From Octopus vulgaris (Eukaryota): a DNA stretch of 64,000 nt. The notes under the pieces are model-generated. The model saw nothing but the letters and a program-made list of their open reading frames with translations. It had not been told where the DNA came from and made no database searches. Positions within the stretch are counted from its first letter, which is position 1. Each line of letters starts with the position of its first letter. Position numbers and translations under genes: made by a program. The stretch spans positions 7,502,001 through 7,566,000 of the forward strand of contig OX597836.1 in assembly GCA_951406725.2 (NCBI GenBank), given 5' to 3'. Positions 24,561-37,379 of the stretch are shown piece by piece.

Positions 24561-25439
24561 GCAGGGTATAAAAGCAAGTGGCAGAGGATCACAAAAATGG
24601 TAAATGGTTTATGATACGAAATAAATCACTTTAAACTTGCTAAAATATTTGGGATGCATCATCTCTGTGAAATAAAGAAAATGTGTTATGTAAGATTAAT
24701 TTTGAGGATCTGAACAAAGACTTTGCAATTAAAACCAATAGGAGAACATTTTTCAAATACAAATAAAGTGAAAGACCTTTGGTGATATACCATGTTTGAG
24801 AAGACATATCAAGCCAAGTGAGATCATAGTCATGGCTGACGCTGGTGTTACGTAAGTGACATCCATGCCAGTGGCACATAAAAAGCACCCAACGCACAGT
24901 GTAAAGTGGTTGGCATTAGGAAGGGCTTCCAGCTGTAGAAACCATGCCAAATCAGATTGGAACTTGGTGCAGCTCCCCAGCTTACCAGTTTTCAATCAAA
25001 CCGTCCAACCCAGGCCAGCATGGAAAACAAGCATTAAATGATGATGAAATTTTAACAGCAAAACCTTTGTAGTGGCACAAGCAGTCAGCGCCACATTGGA
25101 TGAGATCTCGCGGCAGCCATTACCATCTCTGAGACTGGAGCGAGACCTCACCTGCATCCATTTGCCATGCGCGAGATCACAATGAGGGTCGCGATGGCAA
25201 ACTGCATATAAGGGCAAAACAGAAACAGATTCATTCTCTCTTTCTGCTTCTACGTAGCAGCACTTGCTGAGCACACTTCACTGGCTGGGCCTGTCTGCAT
25301 GTTGTACCTCCAGAGGCAATGTGCCCGCACTAATGGAGATACAACACCATGCACACAGTTCGAGATGGTTGCTGAGAGCAACACACTTCACCTGTTCTGT
25401 GAAACTTGTAAATAAACCGGTTGTAAATTGCATTTGTAC

Positions 25440-25667
25440 TTAACCCTTCCATTATTGTGTTTATTTTGAGATGTTCTGTGTTTCTTTCAATTACTTTAAA
25501 TACAACAAAGAATTTAGTAAAATAACTTAGTTATCATTCAGCTGGTTTTAGGAACATAAATTGTGACTAAGGTTTGGTGGAAGATTTTAATTCAAAACTT
25601 ATGAAAACAAGACATTTGTTCTCAGAGCCAGAGCCAGTTTCAGCCGGGTTGGTAACGAAAGGGTTAA
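25440..25667. mobile_element. piggyBac-like MITE (TTAA-CCC...GGG-TTAA)
   Basis: ttaaccctt ... aagggttaa termini; related elements at 7930-8190, 6040-6270, 55645 and 56241. Confidence 0.7.
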
Positions 25668-25789
25668 TATCACTTCTTTCTTCGCCTGCTAGAGCCTGAA
25701 CTGCATGAAGAACAAGATATAATGGTAGAAGGTGATATTCTCCCGATATCGTAAACCTTGCCTTCCATTATAAAATGGTGACCCTGATG

Positions 25790-26205
25790 TGATATGCAGT
25801 CGACCTTATATGGACCCCTAAGGGCCACATGGACTGTGGCTGTGAACCAAAGCAATGAAGTGAAGATGTTCTGCTGGATATGTAATGTTAACATGTCTGA
25901 ATGATGATGGAGCATGAATTAGTTGACGAGAAAACTAGGAAGAAGAGAGGAACCAGCTGTGGTGTGTGAGAGAGAAGAGGGTACTGGGACAGTCATGTGA
26001 TGCTTAGAGAGGATAAACTGTTGGGGAAAGAAGTGAATGTGGTCTCCATGTGCCATGTGGATGGAAGGTGTGGAAGAGATAGACTGAGAAATGCATGACG
26101 AAGGAGTGATGAAAGTTGGTTTTTATGAAGTTGGAATCTTGTGAAGGAAACGAGAAAGAGTTGCAATGAATAGCAAGTTATCATGTTGGAGAAGACCCAT
26201 CTAAC
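25790..26205 (+). pseudogene. Degenerate RTE-clade LINE 3' fragment
   Basis: Frameshifted remnants resembling ETW / MLRW / LRWFGHV motifs. Confidence 0.5.
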
Positions 26206-26576
26206 TTACTGATGACGATGATAATGATGGTGGTGGTGGTGGATGCAGCGGTGGTGGTGGTTACAATGATAACGATGGTGGTGATGGTGATGTTGACGAA
26301 GATGACACAATTACATTCACTTCATAACCCATTTCTCCCTCTTTGCGTATCCAATGTCTTTTCAGTAGTTATACATCCTTGCCATCGTCATCATCATCAT
26401 ATTCATCAACATCTTCATCATCATCATCATCATCTTCATCGTCATCTTCATCATCATCATCATCATCATCTTCATCATCATCTTCATCATCATCATCATC
26501 ATCTTCATCATCATCATCATAATTACCATCATCTTCTATATTCTCCTAACATTCATATATTGCTCATGTACTCGTA

Positions 26577-26664
<88 letters not shown>

Positions 26665-27143
26665 CAGTACATAAAGCAAGATATAAAGAAGCTGCAAAAA
26701 TAAAACAAAATGAAAAGAATAACTATGAAAACGAAAACAAAGAAATCAATAACTGAATATATATAAATGTATATATATATATACATTTATGTATGTATAT
26801 ATATATATATATATAAAGATGATAAGAATCCTCTCTCTCATAAGAGAGCAATATTATATTTATGAGAAAAACTGGAGTAAATATTGATTTAGGTTTGTAT
26901 GTCTGTGTGTCTGCAGAGGGTAGGGGCGGAGTCTGCAGGAGTCTGGGATGCAGAGATGCAAATACTTGAGGTAACAGAAAGAAGAAAAACAAAAAAAAAG
27001 AGAAAAAAGAAAAAAAGAAGCCATATCACTTTATTCACATTGTTTTTTTTGTTTTTTTTGTTGTTGTTGTTGTTATTGTTAAAGAACTCTGCCCCTTCCC
27101 CTTTGCCCCTTACCCCCTCCCCTTCGCCTCACCAGATCTGTAG

Positions 27144-27219
27144 GAATTTTACTGTTGTTGCTGGAATGAGTCTGTCGGTGGAAGAAGACTTTACGACTGA
27201 AGGAGACCCGATGCATTGA
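27144..27219 (+). CDS. Candidate alternative terminal exon (phase 2: NFTVVAGMSLSVEEDFTTEGDPMH*; the upstream AG gives SVGILLLLLE*)
   Basis: Long C-rich pyrimidine tract, then caccag and ctgtag acceptors; the tract pairs with 26913-26932. Confidence 0.45.
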
Positions 27220-27329
27220 TGAATTCTCTAGTCTGATTCTGTATTTTACATACACAGACACACACACACACATACACACACACGTTCAAACATACATATA
27301 TTTACCTACGTATACACATACACACACTC

Positions 27330-27405
<76 letters not shown>

Positions 27406-27747
27406 TAGATAACTAGATAGATAGATATGTACACACACGAACACACATGCATATATATACATGTAAGAGAACAAAGTGTATGTACGCCGCTATATATATC
27501 ATCATCATCATCATCATCGTTTAACGTCCGTTTTCCGCGCTAGCACAGGTTAAAATACAAAATGGGACAAGAACGCAAAACATCCGGATGAATGACCCGT
27601 CCTTGTGTGTTTTTTGTATCGTCTATCTGAATGTCTTGTTTTCCCTTTTTGTATCAATTAGTTGTCCGGATGTTTTGCGTTCTTGTCCCATTTTGTATTT
27701 TATATATATATATATATATATACATGCATACACATACATACACACAC

Positions 27748-27831
<84 letters not shown>

Positions 27832-28568
27832 GCATATACACACATATATATTCACAAACGTAGCTCCTGTGATGGTGTCAGGTAAAAAGCACCAAGTACA
27901 TGCCATAAACTGGTAAACCAGAGAGCTGCACCATGCTCCAGTCTGTTTTGGTTTGGTTTCTACGACTGGGTGCCCTTCCTGATGCCAACCATTCCACAAA
28001 GTGTAGCAAGTGTTTTTTGCATGTCACCAGCACTAGTCACGACTATGATTTCACTTGGCTTGACAGATCTTCTCAAGCACAGCAAATTGCCAATGGTTTC
28101 TAAGCAAAAAAATTACATTTCCCTGAGATTAAACAGCATGTCGTGTGACTGCATGAAACACGTGGCGTCAGCATTAAGTTCCAGTAACAGGCCATAGGCA
28201 GTTGATGTATTGAAACGGTGGAGCGCTACTGTTCTATGCAGTGGTATCAAACCAAGGGCCTCATGGTTGTGAAACAAGCTTCATAAACATTCAGCCACAT
28301 TCCATCTTTATAAAATATAGATTAAAGATGAATATAAGTAAATTTAGATAGAAAAAAAACCCAACAAAAGAATTTAAGTAAGAAACGGTTTTTAAGAATG
28401 AAGAATTAAAAAAAGCTTGTTGACAATAGGAAATAAAATTGAGTTTCATGAAATTAATTAAATAAAATCTAATTAACTGGTTAATTAAAACTGATTGTGT
28501 AGTACGTTATTCATTTTATTACTTATTTTCGAATGGCAGTCATTGGCCATTGTTGATTTTACTTGTAG

Positions 28569-28632
28569 TAAATTAATTGAGAAGATTTCTGATGGTAATT
28601 CTTGTCTAATTCTTGATAAAGTGGTCAGCTAG
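28569..28632 (+). CDS. Candidate alternative terminal exon (phase 2: KLIEKISDGNSCLILDKVVS*)
   Basis: Acceptor ttttacttgtag; only phase 2 is open; lies inside hairpin 28525-28650. Confidence 0.4.
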
Positions 28633-29034
28633 GACATTCAGGAATTTTTGTTTTGTTTTAGACTTGGAATTTTTATTTCATTATTTCAGAATTTAAATTT
28701 TATAGCTGTGTGGTTAAGAAACTTGCTTTGTAACCACATGGTTTCAGGTTCAGCCCCACTACTGTTTGGCACCTTGAGCAAGTGTCTTTTACTATAGCCC
28801 CCTCCACCACCACCACCACCTATCATATGTGTGTGTGTTTGTGTTTGTCTCCCGTCACTGCTTGACAATCAGTATTGATATATTTATGTTCATGTAACAT
28901 GACAGTTCAGCAAAAGAGACTGATAGAATAAGTACCAGGCTTGACAAAAAAAAAATAAGTACAGGGGTCAATTCATTTGACCTAAAAATCCTATTATTCT
29001 TTTTCATTTCCAATCCTTTCATTCTTTAGTTCTT

Positions 29035-29450
29035 TCATTCTATAATTCTGTAAGGTTGTCCCTCAGGACATCCCAAGACTGTTTCCACACATTTCCCCCA
29101 TTCATCTCGATCTTCCATAATGGTCCTCAGCTTCTGTACCCCTTCCATACCCGTATCCTCCAGCAAGTTGTCGAGAGAGGTCGTCTTCCTCCTTCCTCTC
29201 TTGGTTCTCCCTTCCATTGGTTGCCAGAGCACTAGCTTGTTAGCAATTTCATCGATATGTCTGATGCGGTGTCCAGCTAGCCTCATCCTTCTATGCTGAA
29301 TCTTCAATGTTACTTTTGATAGTCCCTGTATAAGTCGGCATTTGTTGCATGACTCTTCCAGGAGACATTGATTGCCATTCTAAGCATCCTTGTATAACAA
29401 CCATCCAACTGCTCCTTCAATGCTTTAGAGGGTGTCCCTGTTTCAGCCCC
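29035..29450 (-). pseudogene. RTE/RTEX LINE C-terminal fragment
   Basis: 'RRMRLAGH..RH...LVLWQP..G...RGR...DNLLEDTG...MEDRDEW' preceded by 'LDGCYTRMLRMA' matches typical RTE ORF C-termini. Confidence 0.85.
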
Positions 29451-31500
29451 TCTTTAATCCTTTCATTCTATAATTCTTTCACATTATACTTACTTGTTTT
29501 CTCATTTCAGTCATTCTCTTTTTGTTGAACTGCTTAATTATGGGGACATAAACAAACCAATGCTGGTTGTCAAAAGATGAAAGACAAACACATATACACA
29601 CAAATCAAAATCAAATCAAGTTCGAAATGGAAATGGAAATTGTAGTTGTGGCCAATGCCAGTTCCGCCTGACTGGCATCCGTGCTGGTGGCACATAATAA
29701 GCACCATTCAAGCATGGGTAGATGCCAGTGCCACTTGACTGGCTCCCCATGCTGGTGGCACGTAAAAAGCACCATCTGAATGTGGTAATCTCCTGTGCCG
29801 GTGGCATGTAAAAAGCACTCACTGCACTCTTGGAGTGGTTGGCATTAAGAAGGGCATCCAGGTGTAGAAATCTTGCCAGATCAGACTGGAGCCTGGTGCA
29901 GCCTACTAGCTTGCCAATCTCCAGTCAAACCATCCAACCCATGCTAGCATGGAAAACGGACATTAAATAATGATGATGATATGTATATCACAAATCCACT
30001 ATAACATAATATTTAGTTATTTTACCCAATGAATTTTGTAAACCCCAATATTTCAGATAAACTGAGACTTATAACAAAGTAAAACCTTGATCAAGGCCCA
30101 AGGAAACATACAAACCTTGTTTACCCAAATATAAAAATAAGAGATTCTATAAACAGTTAAATTAGACCTAGTCTTATATTAGACAATAGATGTACCATCA
30201 AGGCTAGGGTTTCAATTGGGGATAACACCAATATGCTGAAGAACACAAAAATACACAAAAAACAAACTAAAAATGGAATGCATAAACAACAATATAAACA
30301 TCACAAAAAAAAAGACTATTTAATCTAAATAGACAAAAGCATGCCATCATCAGCTACTGTATTGGAAATCGTTATGGTTTTGACTCCAAGCAGTCCCATT
30401 CAATCAAACGGTTTATTAAAACATCAAAAAAAATATTTAAATGCTGCTTGGTAATTACTAGGCATAACAAAAACAAAGACAAAAAACACCCTTGTGATAG
30501 AATTGCGGCTCCACAGCATATTAGACAACATATTTTAATGTTTGTTTTTATGTTATAATAAAAGCATATGTACATCAAACTGAAGGATTTCTCAATACTT
30601 TTGGAGGAGTACAAATTTTATCATTCTTTAACAAGAATATTACTGACTGTGACTTCGAAGTTTCAGACAGCTAAGCCATCATTGGACTGTGGTATATTTG
30701 AGTTCATCTTGGATTTATATAATATCTGTTAAGTTAAAATTTTCTGGGGCAAGCTGAGTAATAACTGTAGGGGAGGCTGTGATGAACAAAGGCTATGTAA
30801 AGCAGAGATGAACTCAAATCTCTCATAATCCGGTGTTGGCTCAGCTGGCCAAAACTTCAAAGTCATTGCCAAAACTATTCTTGTAAAAGAATAAACGCGC
30901 ACACACACACACACACACATATCATCATCATCATCATCATCGTTTAATGTCCGTTTTCCATGCTGGCACGGGTTGGACGATTTGACTGGGGTCTGAGAAG
31001 CCAGGAGGCTGCACCAGGCTTCATTCTGCTCTGGCAGTGTTTCTACAGCTCAATGCCCTTCCTAACGCTAACCACTCTGAGAGTGTAGTGGGTGCTTTTT
31101 ACGTGCCACCAGCAGAGGGGCCAGAGGGGGCTGGCATCGACCACGATCAGTATAGAAAACATTTAGTAGAGTGCCAATGATTTGAACTTACACTCCAATG
31201 TCTTTACTGCAGACCAAGTTAGCAGGGAAATCCAAGTCAGCAGATATGGAGACAATAATTTAAATAAACAGATAAAGACCTTGGGTTTAAATGTACAAAA
31301 TATATATAAACATAAATGCATGTAAAAAGAGAAGGTAGATTAAAATTTTCACATGATTAACAATCAAGTATAAATATATATATATATATTTATATATTTA
31401 TATAGAGCAAACTTATTCAGATTACTTAGACTCAATGGCATTGTAACACACTCTCTCCTCTCTAATTCTTTGAGTCTATGAAATCTGAGTAAGCGCTATT

Positions 31501-31558
<58 letters not shown>

Positions 31559-31656
31559 CTTGATTGTTAATCATGTGAAAATAATATTAAGTCTGCTTTA
31601 TGTATGTATATATTTTGTGCATTTAAACTCAAGGTCTTTATCTTTTTATTTGGATT

Positions 31657-31706
<50 letters not shown>

Positions 31707-32204
31707 AAGGCATGTGGCCTGTTTATTAGGTTGTTGCCTGTATAATTGCTAGATTGTGGGTTCAATTTCCAGACCGGATGGTGTGTTGTGTTCTTGAGCA
31801 AAATACTTCATTTCATGTTACCCTAATTCCCCTTTCGATTGGTGAGTGGGTGAAATGTTGGCCCCCTTGCCTCACCATCAGGGTGGTGTCATTTGAAGGC
31901 TAAAATGTTGCAAAGTGCATTGTGACCAGTGATGTGTAACAGCATCTGATAGTCTGGTCAGTCACATAATCATGTGATATATACATTCATATACTTGCCC
32001 CTTATGATGTTGGCTGACCCCAGACACCCCCCGCCTTACACAACCCACCTTTTCAACTCTTTTCCTCCCTTTTCCTAAGCCCTATAAATAATCCCTCCCA
32101 CCTTTCCTGTTCCCTCCCACACTCCCCCAACCTCTCCTCTTAGTAACCCTCATCCCTCCATGTAAGATTCTCATCTATCATCTATTCCCTCTTCCATGCC
32201 CAGT

Positions 32205-32800
32205 AAGTTCACTGTCATCAAGTCACCACAGGGAAAGTTCCCCGTCATCAATCCATTGCAGGAAAAGTTCACCATCATCAATTCACAACAGGGATAGTTC
32301 ACTGTCATCAGTCCACTGCAGGGAAAGTTCACCATGATCAATTCACCGTAGGGTCGATTAAATAAGTACCAGTTACATACTGGGTTCGGTATAATCGACT
32401 TAATCTGTTTGTCTGTCCTTGTTTGTCCCCTCTGTGTTTAGCCCCTTGTGGGTAGTAAAGAAATAGGTATTTCGTCAGCCGCTACGTTCTGTGTTCAAAT
32501 TCCGCCAAGGTCGACTTTGCCTTTCATCCTTTCGGGGTCGATTAACTAAGTACCAGTTACGCACTGCAGGGAAAGTTCACCATCATTGATTCACCGCAGG
32601 GGAAGTTTACCGTCATCAGTCCACTGCAGGGAAAGATCACTGTCATTAATTCACTGCTTTTTTTTTCGATAAAATAGTTTTTAACTATTAATGATGCGAC
32701 AGTATGGATATATTTTCTCAGTAAACTTTCCTCACTGTGAACTTTCTTCATGGTAAACTTTTCCTGCAGTGAATTCATGGTGGTGAACTTACCTGTAATC
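32205..32800. repeat. ~31-bp tandem array with terminal inverted copies, interrupted by SINE B pieces
   Basis: gggaaagttcaccatcatcaattcac.. units at 32205-32350 and 32560-32660; reverse-complement units at 32720-32797. Confidence 0.7.
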
Positions 32801-33460
32801 CCCATTTTTTTTGTTCTCCTGTTATAGGAGCAACTTTATGGTCTTAGCCTTGACAGTTACAAAGCAAACATCATGAGTGGTGGGGCCATGATAAAAATAG
32901 TCAATACACTCTGTAAATTGGTTGGCATTAGGAAGGGAAGCCAGCTATAGGAACCATACCGAGTAGACACTGGCACATGATGTGATCCCCAGACTCCTCC
33001 AGTTGTTGTCAAATCATCCAATCCATACCGGCAGAGAAGTCAGACATTAAATGATGATGATGTTGATGGTGATGGCGGTGGTTGTGGTCATGGTTGTGGC
33101 CATGGTGGGCTTCTTCACACTCTCAGTCAGCTAAATTTTACTCACAAGGCACTGGTCAGCCTGGGGCTATAGTAGTAAGCTCTCACCCAATTGGCTCCTA
33201 TGTGGGACTGACTGAATTTGAAACCGTGCTGTTGTGAAGCAAACTGCTTACCTGCACAGCCATGTCTCTCTGCTTATATTCTTTAATTCTCTAATCTTTC
33301 CACACTATTCTTTAATTCTACAATTCTTTCACACTGTAATTCTCTTATAATTTCTACAATTCTTTCATTCTATACTAATTGTTCTCTCCTCTTTCATTTT
33401 TTACATTTTTTTCATATTTAAAAACCAGAAATTCATGAGCAAAAATCTGCTTTAAAAGAG

Positions 33461-33527
<67 letters not shown>

Positions 33528-33995
33528 CAACAACAACAAAGCAAAAGAACAATAACTTCAAATTTAATAAGGAATTCCAATGAGATTTTTGAACAAATTA
33601 AATTCTCTTGATGATGTTTCAATTTTTAATGTACCAAATGAAATATGAAAAACAAATGAAAAATTTTTTTTTTTAATTCATAATAATGTTATTTTTTTTT
33701 TTAAAAAAAGAACAAAACAAAACACAACATCATACCTGTTACATATTTCGATTATTTCCAAAATATTCATGTTAATTTATAATAACAATTTATTTCGTTA
33801 ATGTTTGAGTGAGTGAAATCATAGACTTTTAAATCAGTTTTAAAAATTATGTCATCAGCATAACTTGATTTGCTATAAGAACAGTCAAATATGTTGTAAT
33901 GATCAATGTTTTTTTTTGTATTTTTTTTGTATTTTTTTTTTCTTTGTGTGTATGCACAACATGCAAATAAACACATTGCTGCTATTTATGCCTTA

Positions 33996-34028
<33 letters not shown>

Positions 34029-34079
34029 TTGTTTCATTTTGGGTAGATTCTTCATCATGTCATTTACGAATAATTGTCT

Positions 34080-34895
34080 TTCCTCATTTGCTCTGTTTTT
34101 CCCTCTCCTTTCGCTTTCATATTTTCACCTCTCTCTCCCTCTTTCTCTCTCCCTCCCTCTTTCTCTCTCACTTGCTCGCTCTCCCCTCCCTCTCTCTCTT
34201 CCTCTCTCTCTCACTTGCTCGCTCTCCCCTCCTCTATTCCTCCACTCATTCTCTCTGCCCCTTTCTCTCCCTCTGTCTCAATCTGTCTCTCTCTCTCAAT
34301 CTCTTTCTCTCTCTCTTCATCCCTCTCCCTTTCTCCCCCTTCTCCAACTCTCTCCTTTCTCTCCTTGTCTCTTCCTTCATTGTCTCCCTCTCTCCCACTT
34401 TCTATTTCCCTCTCTGTACTCTGTCTATTTTTCTCTCTCTCTCTCTCTTCCCTCTTTCCTTCCTCTTTCTTCTCTTCTCTCTCTCTCCTCTTTCTCTTTT
34501 TTCTCCTCTTTACCTCCCTCCCTCTCTCTCCTTGTCTATCTGTCTCTCTCCATCTCTCTCCCTTATTCTCTCCCTCTCTCCCCCTTCTCCAATTCTCTCC
34601 TTTCTCTCCTTGGCTCTTCCTTCATCCTCTCCCTGGCTCTTCCTTCATCCTCTCCCTCTTCTCCTTCCTCTCTCTCTCCCACTTTCTTTCTATTTCCCTC
34701 TCTCTACTCTGCCCGTCTATTTTCCCTCTCTCTCCGACTGTCCTTTTCTCTCCTCCTCTCTGTCCCTCTCTCTCCAACTATCGGTCTCTTCATCTTTCTC
34801 TCTCTTTCCTTTTCCAACTCTTCTCTCCTCTCCCCTCTCTCTCTCTCTCTGTCTGTCTGTCTCTCTCTGTCTCTTCTCTCTCTTTCCTCCCTCCT
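34080..34895. repeat. CT-rich polypyrimidine tract
   Basis: About 800 nt, almost only C/T. Confidence 0.95.
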
Positions 34896-35114
34896 ATAAC
34901 ATACATCATTAACATACTTCACATGATGGTGTGCGAAGGAAGTCTAAATTATAATATTTGCAGTTTTGTTTTTTTTATTTTAAATTTTATTTTTTTCTTT
35001 CCCATTTAAAAAAAAAAAAATTTTATATTTATTTATTTATTTATTCATTAATTTTTCTTGTTTTATTCACTTTAGAACGAAACCTGTCATCATCATCCCT
35101 TCTGTGTTTCCAAG

Positions 35115-35158
35115 GAGACCGCTACTACGATGAAACTGGGTTAAGGTGTCCTATCGAG
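35115..35158 (+). CDS. Candidate exon with strong donor (phase 1: GDRYYDETGLRCPIE; phase 2: RPLLR*)
   Basis: cccttctgtgtttccaag|...GAG|gtgagc, with a second donor CAG|gtgaga at 35173; hairpin with 35205-35250. Confidence 0.55.
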
Positions 35159-35280
35159 GTGAGCGCCATCCAGGTGAGAGCATTCATGCATTGCCATTAT
35201 TTAAGACACAACTGGAAGCTGTGCTTAACGATGTAGTTCGTTGGTGTTTACTAAATAAGTCAGCAGGTACAGGGTACCGG

Positions 35281-35900
35281 GGTGGGAGAGGGGGAGAAGA
35301 GGGAGGGAGGAGAGAGGGAAGATGAAGAGAGGAGGAGGGAGGCTGAAGAGAAGGGGAGGAGGGAGAATGGAGAGAAGGGGAGGGAAGATGATGAGAAGGG
35401 GAGGAGGGAAGATGAAGGGAAGAGGAGAGAGGGAGGATGAAGGGAAGAGGAGGAGTGAGGATGGAGAGAAGGGGAAGAGGAAGAGAAGAGGAGGAAGGAA
35501 GATGAAGAGAAGAGGAGAGAGGGAGGATGAAGGGAAGAGGAGGAGGGAGGATGAAGGGAAGAGGAGGAGGGAGGATGGAAAGAAGGGGAGGTGGAAAGAT
35601 GAAGAGAAGAGGAAAGAGGGAGGAAGAAGGGAAGAGGAGGAGGAAGAGAAGAGGAGGAGGGAAGATGAAGAGGAGAGGAGAGAGGGAAGATGAAGAGAAG
35701 GAGAGGAGGGAGGAAAAGAGGTGGAAGGAGAGAGGGAGGAAGGGTGAAGAATGAGGAGGAGCAAGGGAAGAAAAAAGGTGGAAGGAGAGAGGGAAAGAAG
35801 GAAGGAAGGATAGAGGGGAGGAGGAGTGAGGGAGGGAGGAAGAAAGAAAGGCAGTGGGAGGAATAGGAGGGAGGAGGATGGTAGTGGCAGTGGTGGTGAT
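35281..35900. repeat. GA-rich polypurine tract
   Basis: About 600 nt, almost only G/A. Confidence 0.95.
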
Positions 35901-36644
35901 GGGGGCTGTTTGTAGAAGAAGAGAAAGAAAACACTGAGGATGTTGTTGAAAGGTATTGGTTTCTCAGCTGAAGTCCCAAGACCCAGTGGCATAGCTTGGG
36001 TGTGAGCTACCCGGGGCATGTGTGTGTGTGTGTGTGTGTGTGCATTTGTGTCTGTCCCCCTCCACTGCTTGATAAGTGGTGTTGGTGTGGTTATGTCCCT
36101 GTAACTTATCAGTTCAGCAAAAGGATCCAATAGAATAAGTACCAGGCTTTAAAAAAATAAATACTTGGGGTGGGGGGGTCGATTCATTCAACTAAAATTC
36201 TGTAAGGCTATGTGCCCCAGCATGGCCACAGTCTAATGAATGATACAAGTAAAGGATATTCTTCACATCTTTTTGCAAGCTCTTCAATTTAAAATTCTAA
36301 CTTTTAATCCCACCAAAATTTATCTAGGGAGGATTATCTCCCCCTTATAAAAACTGGTCACCAGGGTGCACCATGTGTTTCCCTAAAAATAGATAGTTAT
36401 TCAACAGAAATTCATTGTTTTATTTTTTTATTCTTTTTTACTTGTTTCAATCATTTGACTGCGACCATGCTGGAGCACCACCTTAAAGGGTTCTAGTCGA
36501 ACAAATTGACCCCAGGACTTGTTCTTTGTGAGCCTGGTACTTATTCTATTAGTGTCTTTTGCTGAACTGCTAGGTTATGAGGATGTAAACAAACCAACAT
36601 GGGTTGTCAAACAGTGATGGGATACAAACACAGAGACAAACACA

Positions 36645-36697
<53 letters not shown>

Positions 36698-37157
36698 CAG
36701 TAATAAATCTCTGAGTGAGATGTGAACAGTAGCAGCATGACATTGTGAAGTATATTTGCCACCTAAATGTGGCTGACCCTTATGGCATGATGCTTCTGTA
36801 GTTTATAGCCCCAGGAAGGCTATTCCTCCAGCTGGCTGAATGTGTCTTTGTGTCTATGTTTGTCCCCGCCATCATCGCTTGACAACTGGTGTTGGTGTGA
36901 TTACATCCCCGTAACTTAGCAGCTCAGCAAAAAGAGACTGATAGAATAAGTACTGGCTTGCAAAGAATAAGTCCTGGGATGAATTTCTTTGACTAAAACC
37001 CTTTAAGGCAGTGCATGTATGTATGTGTTGGTGTATATATATTTTGACTGCATATATACAGCCATATATACATTTATATTTCTGTGTGTGTAAGACAATT
37101 CCATCCCATATTTTTATGGGTCTCTAAAGGTAATGTGTCCTTCCCTTTTCTTAACAG

Positions 37158-37173
37158 ACTAGGGTGGATCTGA
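37158..37173 (+). CDS. Candidate short terminal exon (phase 2: LGWI*)
   Basis: Strong acceptor ccttcccttttcttaacag; region pairs with 37385-37480. Confidence 0.4.
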
Positions 37174-37347
37174 GGAAATTTTGGCTGCTATTTTTATTAA
37201 ATAGAACAATTACATCAAGACTCCTTATTTGGCTCGTAAAAATGAGATGGTTGTGATTATTGTTGTTGTTGTTGTTGTAGCTGCTGCTGCTACCACTGGT
37301 ATCATTTGTTGCTGTTGATGTTGTTGTTGTGATGCTACAACTGCTGT

Positions 37348-37379
<32 letters not shown>

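Noticed and set aside
25068-25432. Possible solo LTR (TG start, TATAA, AATAAA, two GC-rich hairpins)
   Set aside because: No TSD or clear end found and no second copy; left unassigned.
30640-30692. Minus-strand hammerhead-like motif
   Set aside because: Core is degenerate (CCAATGA) and stem I does not form.
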